The notes under the pieces: generated by a model | Database searches by the model: none | Seen by the model: the letters and a program-made list of their open reading frames with translations, nothing else | What the model was told of the DNA's origin: nothing | Part shown: piece after piece, positions 1 through 7,410 of the stretch | Layout of the letters: each line of letters begins with the position of its first letter | Numbering within the stretch: the stretch's first letter is position 1 | Translations under genes and position numbers: made by a program | NCBI GenBank assembly: GCA_005888735.1 | Contig: VBBN01000035.1 | Location: forward strand, 75,671-139,670 | Direction: 5' to 3' | DNA from: Candidatus Bathyarchaeota archaeon | Lineage (GTDB): Archaea; Thermoproteota; Bathyarchaeia; 40CM-2-53-6 | Length of the DNA stretch: 64,000 bases

Positions 1-957
1 GCCCCGAATCCTACCTTCCTGAAACTCCTTCTCCGATTCCTCCCGAACCTCGCGTGACAGGGACCCGTGGTGAACCCTAACTCGCCCGAAGGCACCTAGG
101 GCGTGCAGTTGTGCAGCCAAGGCCTCGGCCTGCTCTCGCGTGTTTGTAAAGACAAGAGTTGACCTATGAGTGTCAATTATGTTCAGAATCTTACGCGCCC
201 GTGCCACTGTCGAAGGAGGAAGCCCCAATCTCTCCGCTTCCTTGTGGTCTTCGGAACCTGGCTGTGCAGAGCTAACCTTGATCTGAAGCCCGCGCGTCTC
301 GTCAGACCTTAGAATCTTGACGACGCGGTCTCTGCCCACGAGAAACTGCCCAATCTTCTCGGGTTCCCCGATGGTTGCTGAGAGGCCGATTCGCTGAAAT
401 TCTACCTGCGTGAGCTCCAGAAGCCTCTCCATAGCAAGGGACAGTTGGACGCCTCGCTCATCCGTCGCTAGCTCATGGACTTCATCCACTATGAACCAGC
501 GGACTGACTTCAGATGCTCACTCATTCTCCTCCCAATGAGAATGGACTGGAGTGTCTCCGGGGTTGTTATCAGAATGTCCGGCGGGATTCGCGCCTGCCG
601 GGAGCGGGCGCTTATCGGAGTGTCTCCATGGCGAACCTGGATTTTCACATCGAGGTCTCGACCCATTTCCTCGAGTCGGCGCAGGAGGTCGCGATTGAGG
701 GCGCGTAGGGGGGTGACGTAAACAACTGAGATTCCTCGGGCCCTTTGCTCAATCCTTTTTTCAAGGAATTTGTCGAGAACGGGGAGAATTGCTGCGAGGG
801 TTTTTCCAGTCCCGGTTGGGGCGATGAGAAGAACGTTGTCTCCGTTGAGAATTGCGGGGATCGCAAGTTCTTGGATTGGGCTTGCTTCGAGGAACCCTTC
901 TTTCTCAAGCCTTCGAAGAACTGGTGGTTTGAGGACGGAGAAAGCTGAGGCTGGCAT
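1..957 (-). CDS. lhr: Lhr-family DEAD/DEAH-box helicase (N-terminal part; runs off the window edge)
   Basis: Manual translation from ATG at 957: MPASAFSVLKPP...SPIQELAIPAILNGDNVLLIAPTGTGKT (Walker A), YVTPLRALNRD, VRHGDT, ILITTPETL, IVDEVHEL, RIGLSATIG, LVFTNTR, VHHGSLSRE. Not in the ORF track because there is no stop within the window. Confidence 0.92.
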   Translation of the reverse strand, partial: MPASAFSVLKPPVLRRLEKEGFLEASPIQELAIPAILNGDNVLLIAPTGTGKTLAAILPVLDKFLEKRIEQRARGISVVYVTPLRALNRDLLRRLEEMGRDLDVKIQVRHGDTPISARSRQARIPPDILITTPETLQSILIGRRMSEHLKSVRWFIVDEVHELATDERGVQLSLAMERLLELTQVEFQRIGLSATIGEPEKIGQFLVGRDRVVKILRSDETRGLQIKVSSAQPGSEDHKEAERLGLPPSTVARARKILNIIDTHRSTLVFTNTREQAEALAAQLHALGAFGRVRVHHGSLSREVREESEKEFQEGRIRG

Positions 958-983
958 CTATTCTACGAATAACTCGTTAAAGC

Positions 984-1124
984 CTATTCTTCCTCGACGG
1001 CCTTCTTCTTCTCGCTTGGCCGTTCATAGGCTATGTAGAGAAATATTAGAATCATTGTCACGAAGCTCAGCACGTACAAAAGCAACTCTATGGCAGAGTA
1101 GTACTGGTCTGGGTTGTAGGACAT
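984..1124 (-). CDS. Small single-pass membrane protein (46 aa)
   Basis: Manual translation MSYNPDQYYSAIELLLYVLSFVTMILIFLYIAYERPSEKKKAVEEE*: one hydrophobic helix plus a charged tail; fills the gap between the co-oriented SWIM and lhr genes. Confidence 0.55.
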   Translation of the reverse strand: MSYNPDQYYSAIELLLYVLSFVTMILIFLYIAYERPSEKKKAVEEE

Positions 1125-1181
1125 GCCCTATCGCCAATGTCCATCGGGCAAATTCCCTTGCGGCTACAAAAACCTTGAGAT

Positions 1182-1613
1182 TCACGCGCTACGGCTTAGG
1201 GGTTTCCACTTCGCAGTAAAACCTGAGTAGTCAGAATCTGCCATCCCATTCTGACCGTATTTCCCAGAGGCCTCGGCCAAGCCCTGTGCTATGAGATGAT
1301 AGCACAGCTGCCGCTTCTTACCCATCACGCGGAAGTAGTAGTCGTCACATGTGCAGAACATACTCTCAGGCACAACCTGATACTCGCTCTTTCGACCTCT
1401 GACCACCCAAATGATTCTTCCACTGGGCTCAAACCTGAACTTCCGAACTCCGTTGCCCTCCACCAAAGCTAGAGCTTGACCGGCCCTTTTCTCAAAGTTC
1501 CTGTCGAGGACACTCTTCAATTCATCGTCGATTTTTCCAGTCTGGCGTATCTCGTGGCAGACCTGCCGTAGTACTTTGGACTCTTGGATGTCGCTCGCCG
1601 ATTCTGTCCCCAG
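1182..1613 (-). CDS. SWIM zinc-finger protein
   Basis: SWIM motif FCTCDDY...LCYH. The frame stays open and protein-like upstream of the track's TTG at 1520 (SKVLRQVCHEIRQTGKIDDELK); only CTG codons (1613, 1622) are available before an upstream stop, so the start is uncertain. Confidence 0.8.
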   Translation of the reverse strand: MGTESASDIQESKVLRQVCHEIRQTGKIDDELKSVLDRNFEKRAGQALALVEGNGVRKFRFEPSGRIIWVVRGRKSEYQVVPESMFCTCDDYYFRVMGKKRQLCYHLIAQGLAEASGKYGQNGMADSDYSGFTAKWKPLSRSA

Positions 1614-1712
1614 AAAGCTCAGTTTTGACTACCAAGAATACCTTTTCATCTTGAAAGACAAGGCCAAGATTGCAGGGTCCTTCTGCTGTCAAACCGGGTC
1701 ACAGTCAAGCCA

Positions 1713-2555
1713 GTGGCCGACCAGCCAGCCCTCCTCTTAGAGAAGGATCGTGAACGGGTCTTGGTAATCGCAGACCTTCACCTGGGCTGGGAGGTTACTC
1801 TTGCGCATCAAGGAATACACGTCCCAAGCCAGGTGCCACACCTCTTGAGCAAGCTCCAAAATATTCTCGACGAAACCCATCCTAACCAGCTCATTCTCCT
1901 TGGAGACGTGAAGCACGCGGTTGCGAAGGTCGAACTGGAGGAGTGGAAGTACGTGCCGGAGTTCTTCGAGAGCCTTGTTAACTTCATCCAAAACGTCCAG
2001 GTTGTTCCGGGAAACCATGATGGTAATCTGGAACCCCTAACCCCGCCTAGCGTGAAAATAGCAAATTCTCAAGGAATTCTCCTCTGGGATACTGTGGGTC
2101 TCTTCCATGGACATGCGTGGCCACCGCCATCCATGCTTGGATGCAAGTATCTCGTAATGGGCCACCTCCATCCTGTAGTGGTTTTCAAGGACCCGTTAGG
2201 GTTCCGGATCACTCGTCAGGTTTGGGTGCGAGCTAGGACTAACGGGCAGAGGCTCGCTGAAGGGGTCCTCAAGCATGAAAGTGTCAAATTCGAAGGAGAC
2301 CCTGTTCAGAAGGCGGAACAAGCCTACAACCTTAAAGTCCTCGATGCTGAATGTGTAATCATGCCGTCCTTCAACGATTACCTGGGGGGCCAGCCGATCA
2401 ACCGAAGCGCTTCTGAAGGGTGGACAGCTCTGTACAAGGAATACATGGGGCCCGTCCTCCGCTCGGGTGCGATAGACTTCGAGAACGGAGAAGCATACCT
2501 CTTTGATGGAACGTATCTCGGCAAGGTCCGAGACCTGCGAGAAATGAACCAATAA
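1713..2555 (+). CDS. Calcineurin-like metallophosphoesterase
   Basis: Motifs ADLHLG, LGDVKH, GNHDG, FHGH, GHLHP, MPSFN. True start may be a CTG at 1683/1686. Confidence 0.9.
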   Translation: MADQPALLLEKDRERVLVIADLHLGWEVTLAHQGIHVPSQVPHLLSKLQNILDETHPNQLILLGDVKHAVAKVELEEWKYVPEFFESLVNFIQNVQVVPGNHDGNLEPLTPPSVKIANSQGILLWDTVGLFHGHAWPPPSMLGCKYLVMGHLHPVVVFKDPLGFRITRQVWVRARTNGQRLAEGVLKHESVKFEGDPVQKAEQAYNLKVLDAECVIMPSFNDYLGGQPINRSASEGWTALYKEYMGPVLRSGAIDFENGEAYLFDGTYLGKVRDLREMNQ

Positions 2556-2637
2556 TTTCTACGCAGACCTGTCCTCTCACCATTCAAGTGAAAGGACCCT
2601 TGGCTTCAAAGTCGATGATGCATTCGAAGAATGAATC

Positions 2638-3096
2638 TTATTCTTCTTTAGGAGCCATCGTGGCCAAGACTCGCCACATGTCTCCGCCACCGTTTAGTTT
2701 TGCAATCTCACGGAGCAGGTCATAGTATGACCTGACGTGTCTCCGCCCATCTTTGGCATTGTAATAGTTGAAATTGGCAAACATGGTGGGGGCCACTTCG
2801 TGGTTATACATAGGGTAAGAGGTGTCCCCCGCATTTAGCTCTCCAAGCTCTTGCGAGAGAAGGCCGTCGCGTCGTTCCAGAACTTTCCGGCTTTTGCGCT
2901 GCCGATTCCGGTCTTTGACCCTTCTACCCTGAAGGCGGCACTCTTCACTGTCATATTTTTCCGAGAACCAGCCTAGGAACTTGCGCCCGCACACCGGGCA
3001 AGTCTTGAGAACTTTCTTATCAGCTTGGGCCAACGTTGGACTCCTGGTTTCTGGTTGTGGCGTGTTCCGTCTAGCGTGTGAATATTTGTGTGGCAC
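2638..3096 (-). CDS. Hypothetical basic protein with a zinc-ribbon-like motif
   Basis: CPVCGRKF...YDSEECR followed by an Arg/Lys-rich helix. A TATA-like sequence lies only ~3 nt from the GTG, so the start may be the downstream TTG at 3033. Confidence 0.55.
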   Translation of the reverse strand: MPHKYSHARRNTPQPETRSPTLAQADKKVLKTCPVCGRKFLGWFSEKYDSEECRLQGRRVKDRNRQRKSRKVLERRDGLLSQELGELNAGDTSYPMYNHEVAPTMFANFNYYNAKDGRRHVRSYYDLLREIAKLNGGGDMWRVLATMAPKEE

Positions 3097-3183
3097 TAGT
3101 ATAAAACCAAGCCGTACGGTTTCAACAAATTCGCGATAGCTGTAACGCCTGTTATTGCTCCGTCCTTAGGCCCATGAAAGTAA

Positions 3184-3196
3184 GAAAGAGTAATAA
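3184..3196 (+). promoter_or_regulatory. Putative BRE/TATA promoter of tRNA-Pro
   Basis: Purine-rich GAAAGAG followed by TAATAA, 26-31 nt upstream of tRNA nucleotide 1 (3222). Confidence 0.5.
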
Positions 3197-3236
3197 CGGC
3201 TTTCCGGCCGGTCTTGACCCGGGGGCTGTCGGCTAG

Positions 3237-3281
3237 AAGATCCTCGACGGGTCCGGCCAATCAGGTCTAGTAGACTTAACG
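3237..3281 (+). other. Non-canonical D-loop tRNA intron(s), ~45 nt near position 15/16
   Basis: Extra sequence between GGCTAG and TCTGGACA with two hairpins (GATCC-tcgac-GGGTC; AGGTCT-agt-AGACTT). Boundaries are ambiguous by 1-2 nt; it may be two introns. Confidence 0.7.
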
Positions 3282-3305
3282 TCTGGACAAGCCGCGTGGC
3301 TTGGG

Positions 3306-3325
3306 AGCAAGCTTAGAGCCAGGAG
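3306..3325 (+). other. Canonical 37/38 tRNA intron (20 nt)
   Basis: Bulge-helix-bulge: positions 32-35 CUUG pair with intron CAGG; bulges GG|A and AG|C. Confidence 0.88.
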
Positions 3326-3338
3326 CCCACGAAATCGG

Positions 3339-3395
3339 CGGTTCAAATCCGCCCAGCCCCACCATCAGATTTGAACCGTACTCGGTTCAAATCCG
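3339..3395 (+). repeat. Cassette junction J0: tRNA 3' end plus T-arm-like palindrome
   Basis: CGGTTCAAATCCG-CCCAGCCCCACCA-TCAGATTTGAACCG-tact-CGGTTCAAATCCG. Confidence 0.9.
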
Positions 3396-3673
3396 GACTG
3401 CTTCCGACTTCGTTGTGTGGATGTAAGACCAAGCCTATATGCGTACGAATTCAGCAATTGAGCAATTTGGCTCTGTCTGTTTGCATCTCTTACCAGTAAA
3501 ACAAATGCAATAGTGTTGTCCGAAATACAGATGGCATCTTCTATCCCCAATTTCCGAGTTGGCTTCTTCTTCAGCGTTTGGAAGATCCAAAGACTGTCCT
3601 GTTGGGTCTCAGGTTGAGGTTACGCTATCCGGTTATTGCTTCGAGTTAGCTCCAGAGTTCGGTCTAGTCAACT

Positions 3674-4141
3674 TTGCAGCAGTCCGTAGTTCTGACTTTG
3701 CTCGGGGGAGCAGTTGCTGGCGTAGGTCTGCTGTTCCTTGGATGTGGCCCCACGCCCGGTGGAACATGTGCGACACCAAGTGAGGACGTCGTACTGGGCT
3801 ACCTTTTCGGGTCAGCGGGAGCTGCGTTAATTACGGTGGCGCAGATGAAGGGAAGGAGAGGTTCGACATCGGTGTCCTCACGGTCATCCCACCAGGGCGT
3901 TGTTGGGGCAACAACTACTTTGGTAGGAGGGACGGTCATGATGATGGGCCTATTGTTCAGTTGTGCAAATCCATTTTTCATTGCTGGCACGGCATCTTGC
4001 GGGGTTGGACCATTAGCCGCGCTCATAGCATATGGGTTTGGAATTGGAGGCGCGACGCTCCTGGCTATGGGCTTGTTCGAAATGAGAATGTCGTGGACGC
4101 ATACGGGGAAACACTCGGAACGGAAAGAACCGTCGACGTAG
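3674..4141 (+). CDS. Four-TM membrane protein built from two Cys-looped helical hairpins
   Basis: Two similar units: TLLGGAVAGVGLLFLGC...C...GYLFGSAGAALI and TLVGGTVMMMGLLFSC...C...AYGFGIGGATLL. Confidence 0.7.
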   Translation: MQQSVVLTLLGGAVAGVGLLFLGCGPTPGGTCATPSEDVVLGYLFGSAGAALITVAQMKGRRGSTSVSSRSSHQGVVGATTTLVGGTVMMMGLLFSCANPFFIAGTASCGVGPLAALIAYGFGIGGATLLAMGLFEMRMSWTHTGKHSERKEPST

Positions 4142-4293
4142 CCTTTCAGTAACTAGGATCGCAAAATGCGGTCTACTCTGTCAGCCAAACTGACAAGGAA
4201 CATGTAATTCGGCAAACTGTCATTATCTGACACGACGAGCAACGCCCTATATCGCGCCAAAGCCTAGATGGCTATTCTTGGTTGGCCGTTGGA

Positions 4294-4398
4294 CTAGAGA
4301 TTGCCTATTTCTGCTAGGAAGGCCTTTTCCTCTTCCAGTATCCTGTCCACCTGTTGAAGGAATCGGGAATCACGTACGAGTGAACTGTCGGACTGCAT
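4294..4398 (-). CDS. Putative 34-aa antitoxin peptide overlapping the 3' end of doc
   Basis: Manual translation MQSDSSLVRDSRFLQQVDRILEEEKAFLAEIGNL*: acidic amphipathic helix; ATG lies inside the last 29 nt of the Doc gene. Confidence 0.5.
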   Translation of the reverse strand: MQSDSSLVRDSRFLQQVDRILEEEKAFLAEIGNL

Positions 4399-4777
4399 TG
4401 CCCCTCAACCAATCCTTTGTCTCTTCCACGGTATAAAATCCCTCTCTTATCCCCGTCAGAATTCGAGGGTCATGAGCTACACTAGGATGTTCGTCGTTTG
4501 TCCTCAAGAACGAAACGGTGGCAACGTAGGCAGTCCTCCTGACGCCGCTTGCGAAAGCGTGGCCTCTGACAAGCTCGGTCAAGAGCACCGCTGCCTTATC
4601 GTACAAATCCCCTTCCTCAGCTCGCATTTTCTGGGTTGCAGCCTCTAGCTTGGGTCGAGAGAGGACCCGATGTCGGACGGCCCTTTTCACGCTGATTTCT
4701 CTCAAGACTCGTCTATTCGTTTCGATGAGCTCGTCGACCGATGGATAGATTATTTCCAGGCACATTTTGGCCTGCAT
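4370..4777 (-). CDS. Fic/Doc (death-on-curing) family protein
   Basis: LYDKAAVLLTELVRGHAFASGVRRTAY is a variant of the Doc signature HxFxDGNKRT; the typical N-terminus YPSVDELIETN is present. Start placed at ATG 4777 (or 4765). Confidence 0.85.
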   Translation of the reverse strand: MQAKMCLEIIYPSVDELIETNRRVLREISVKRAVRHRVLSRPKLEAATQKMRAEEGDLYDKAAVLLTELVRGHAFASGVRRTAYVATVSFLRTNDEHPSVAHDPRILTGIREGFYTVEETKDWLRGNAVRQFTRT

Positions 4778-4884
4778 CTTCTCTCCTTTAAGATTCTCCG
4801 ATCTACGTGATAATACGGGCCCGACACTCGTCAGGGTGCGGCGGAACACGCACGTCATAATCAATCTTCAACATCCTTTAGTTA

Positions 4885-4957
4885 GGATTTGAACCGTTTT
4901 GGGTGTAGGTCCTCCCAGCCCCACCATCAGATTTGAACCGAGATGGGTTCAAATCCG
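4885..4957 (+). repeat. Cassette junction J1
   Basis: GGATTTGAACCG-tttt-GGGTGTAGGTCCT-CCCAGCCCCACCA-TCAGATTTGAACCG-agat-GGGTTCAAATCCG. Confidence 0.9.
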
Positions 4958-5173
4958 AGACATCTTGAGAGGCTCGCAATTAGGTTCAAAGATGACCTTT
5001 CACGTGCCGCGTCCCACGCACGACGAAAATTCCCAGGGCCGAAAAGCGACCAACCTTCACGATTTCGGGGGCACTGCTCTACCCGCGTTTTCCCGACGGT
5101 CCTTCCATTGGTCTCGCCAGGCAACGAGAACGATTATCTGCGCGCGGCCCACATGGGGAAGTGATTCAAGGGT

Positions 5174-6568
5174 TTGAGGAAGGGGCTGCTCCTACCTATG
5201 ATTGGGTCCGTATCGTTTCCCGTGGTAGCCGTCATTGGTGTGGTAGCTCCTCTAATGTTTCCGACCATCGGGTTCTATGACACGTTAATTTTTCAGTGGG
5301 GCTATATGATAGCCTTGTTCGCAGGCTTCTATGAATCCTTTAACGGCATTGCAATTATTGAGGACGCGCGGGCACAGTCAGTAGTACGCGTAAAGAAAGT
5401 GGTGAACATTGGATGGGTCCTTTGTGGGGTCTTTTTTGCAATTTTGTTCTTCCCTCTGATGATTAGCCTGGCCACTTCTGTCGAGGTACCCTTTTACGAG
5501 GTACGTCTTTGGATTGGTAATGCGGCCCTCGTGTCTTGGGCCCTCGTCTTTGGAGTATGCTCGTTAATCGTCTGGGACAGGTGGTCTTCCCTCTCAGTAG
5601 AAGAGCTCGATATTCGCTACTGGGAGAACCTCTCGCGAAGAGGCATGATTGGCCTGGTATGTCGGATAGGAATATTCGCGGGCTTTGTTCTCAGTGTTCT
5701 GCTTCCAGCCGTGGGGCTAGCCGTTATGGCGGCGGCTTCCGTACCTTTCATTTTCCTGACTCTGACAGGTAAGAAAACTCAAGTGGAGCATCGCCCTCCA
5801 TTGCAGGGTCCCCCTGAGAAGGTCGAGCTACGGAAGGTCAGTCGTAAAGAGAAGCTCTCCATTGGAGAGCAGATCTGCGACCTCATATTATCTCAGTACG
5901 GCAGGAGGAGGGTCCATGCGGTCTGTATATGGGGAGACACTGCGGAGGACCCGGATCTCCCATACTCCAGCCTAGACTTGCTTGTAGTTGTCCGCGACGG
6001 CATACGGCTTCCGAGCGAACAATATGTGTTCAGCGGTCTGCTTGTTGGAGTCAACTATTGGCAGGAGATTCAGATTCTCCATCGTGCAAGAGAGTTTGAT
6101 GAAAACTGGCCGTGGCACACAGACCGCTTGAGGAAGAGAATTGTTCTGTTTGAAAAGAAAGGCTGGCTACACAAATTGGACAGAGCTTTGGAAGAGAGCG
6201 ACAAGGCGGATTCCGCGGAGCCGATTCGCGACACGGCCCTGAAGTTGGTAGAAGACTTCGGAGACCTGCGGAATGCTCGGCTGGAGAATGATGAGTCTTG
6301 GATGAAGATGTCCTGTGGGCGTATCGCCTGGAGCACTGTTACCCTCGTGTTCTTGCTCGACAGGAGATACTTGAGAAAGGGCTGGGAGGACGTGTTTGAG
6401 TGTCAGGCGAAGCCATCAGATTTCCGTCGGTTGTTCGAAACGGCAGTCGGCTTCATCTCTGCCTCACTTGAAGAAAGGATTCAGGCCGCCGAGAAACTGT
6501 TCGTTGAGAGTCTTGAACTGGCCGGAACCAGAGGGATTTCGCTGACTTCCCCTCAACTCCAAATCTGA
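5174..6568 (+). CDS. Multi-pass membrane domain fused to a kanamycin nucleotidyltransferase (KNTase)-like domain
   Basis: About 6 TM helices in the first ~195 aa; then ILSQYG..VHAVCIWGDTAEDPDLPYSSLDLLVVV...VNYW...DENWPW, resembling the ANT(4')/KNTase pattern as I recall it, with a degenerate GS...DxE motif. Confidence 0.7.
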   Translation: MRKGLLLPMIGSVSFPVVAVIGVVAPLMFPTIGFYDTLIFQWGYMIALFAGFYESFNGIAIIEDARAQSVVRVKKVVNIGWVLCGVFFAILFFPLMISLATSVEVPFYEVRLWIGNAALVSWALVFGVCSLIVWDRWSSLSVEELDIRYWENLSRRGMIGLVCRIGIFAGFVLSVLLPAVGLAVMAAASVPFIFLTLTGKKTQVEHRPPLQGPPEKVELRKVSRKEKLSIGEQICDLILSQYGRRRVHAVCIWGDTAEDPDLPYSSLDLLVVVRDGIRLPSEQYVFSGLLVGVNYWQEIQILHRAREFDENWPWHTDRLRKRIVLFEKKGWLHKLDRALEESDKADSAEPIRDTALKLVEDFGDLRNARLENDESWMKMSCGRIAWSTVTLVFLLDRRYLRKGWEDVFECQAKPSDFRRLFETAVGFISASLEERIQAAEKLFVESLELAGTRGISLTSPQLQI

Positions 6569-6629
6569 AGAGGTCTTTCTTGACGTGGCCATAAGACAAG
6601 AATCTCACTCTCTAAGAGAGCATGCGTCA

Positions 6630-6870
6630 AGGATCTTCCTGAGGTTTGTATGACTGCCTCTTTGCTGGAAAAGTCTCCAGCAGTGATAGCTATGGTGTGC
6701 TCGATCAACAACCCAACGAACAAGACGCGGCTGCTGTACCGGCGACGGTGAGGCTCGCGTTGGTCGCTAGCCCCGAGAACAATTAGTCACGATGACGGTG
6801 ACGAGTTCCTCGATGCCGAAGACTACTATCAGCACGATCTGCTTTCGGCTGAGCAGTTTTGTGATGTTAG
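6630..6870 (-). pseudogene. Possible frameshifted remnant of a small membrane protein
   Basis: Consecutive hydrophobic segments in three frames: KQIVLIVVFGIEELVTVIVT / FSGLATNASLTVAGTAAA / VLFVGLLIEHTIAITAGDF. No clear start. Confidence 0.3.
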
Positions 6871-6958
6871 GTAGCTAATCACGCATGAAGGTCGCGCCGA
6901 CCTCATCTAGTGGAGTGGGAGAGGAATGTTGCGACCACGAAAAATTGGTTTCTTGATA

Positions 6959-7003
6959 GGCGGATTTGAACCGTTCTCGGTATAGGTCCGCCCACCCCCA
7001 CCA
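6959..7003 (+). repeat. Cassette junction J2 (outermost)
   Basis: GGCGGATTTGAACCG (exact reverse complement of tRNA 3339-3353)-ttct-CGGTATAGGTCCG-CCCACCCCCACCA. Confidence 0.88.
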
Positions 7004-7041
7004 TTGCCATGGTTCGGGAATTGGACGCCAAAGAATCGAAG

Positions 7042-7410
7042 TCAGGCTTCGACGATTACCCTGAAGCCGCCATAGACCATACGCTTCATGTCAAATGGCA
7101 TCGGCTCATCTTTTTCCGGTGCATCTTTCATGAACGGGTCCTTCATCACCTTCCCGTTGACCATGTCGCGGTGTTTTCGATTCTTGAACACTATGTATGA
7201 GAACACGACTGTCTCGTTAGGCCTTGCTCTTACGGTTTTGGGGAACTTAATCCCGGCCCACTTCGGGCTGAGGTCATTGCCAACCGCCTCGATATACTCT
7301 AGGGCACCGTGCTTCCGCCAGATTCTGCCTGCTTTCTGAGCCAGACGCCTATACGATCGTATTTTCTTCTTCGGAACAGCCAAGACAAATCCGTCAACAT
7401 AACCTCGCAT
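7042..7410 (-). CDS. DUF1428 (YbaA-like) protein
   Basis: YVDGFVLAVP, HGALEY, ETVVFSYI, MPFDMKRMVYGGF. Start at ATG 7410 rather than the track's 7596. Confidence 0.9.
   Translation of the reverse strand: MRGYVDGFVLAVPKKKIRSYRRLAQKAGRIWRKHGALEYIEAVGNDLSPKWAGIKFPKTVRARPNETVVFSYIVFKNRKHRDMVNGKVMKDPFMKDAPEKDEPMPFDMKRMVYGGFRVIVEA

Larger units (their letters stand above)
3222..3364 (+). tRNA. tRNA-Pro (anticodon UGG), intron-containing, CCA encoded
   Basis: Acceptor stem GGGGCTG/CAGCCCC plus ACCA; D stem GGCT/AGCC; anticodon stem CGTGG/CCACG with loop CT-TGG-G|C; T arm GGCGG-TTCAAAT-CCGCC. Removing 3237-3281 and 3306-3325 gives a normal 78-nt cloverleaf. Confidence 0.93.
3365..4926. mobile_element. 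tRNA-anchored integrated cassette 1 (1562 bp, no integrase)
   Basis: Bounded by the 27-bp direct repeat CCCAGCCCCACCATCAGATTTGAACCG (3352-3378 = 4914-4940) and by inverted T-arm boxes; carries a membrane protein and a Doc module. Confidence 0.75.
4927..7003. mobile_element. tRNA-anchored integrated cassette 2 (2077 bp, no integrase)
   Basis: Same left-end and right-end signatures as cassette 1; ends in a tRNA 3'-end copy CCCACCCCCACCA (one mismatch). Confidence 0.72.

Noticed and set aside
4885-4957. Additional tRNA genes at junctions J1 and J2
   Set aside because: Only the 3' acceptor strand and T-arm-like boxes are present; there is no D arm, anticodon arm or 5' acceptor strand.
3365-5124. 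ORFs 3365..3550 and 4927..5124 both ending GFEPxxVQI, considered as SSV-type split integrase fragments
   Set aside because: The shared ending is just the translation of the junction palindrome; the rest is unrelated and shows no tyrosine-recombinase R-H-R-Y motifs.
3352-7003. CRISPR array interpretation of the recurring GATTTGAACC repeats
   Set aside because: Repeats are separated by 1.5-2 kb of genes, derive from the tRNA T-arm, and no cas genes are present.
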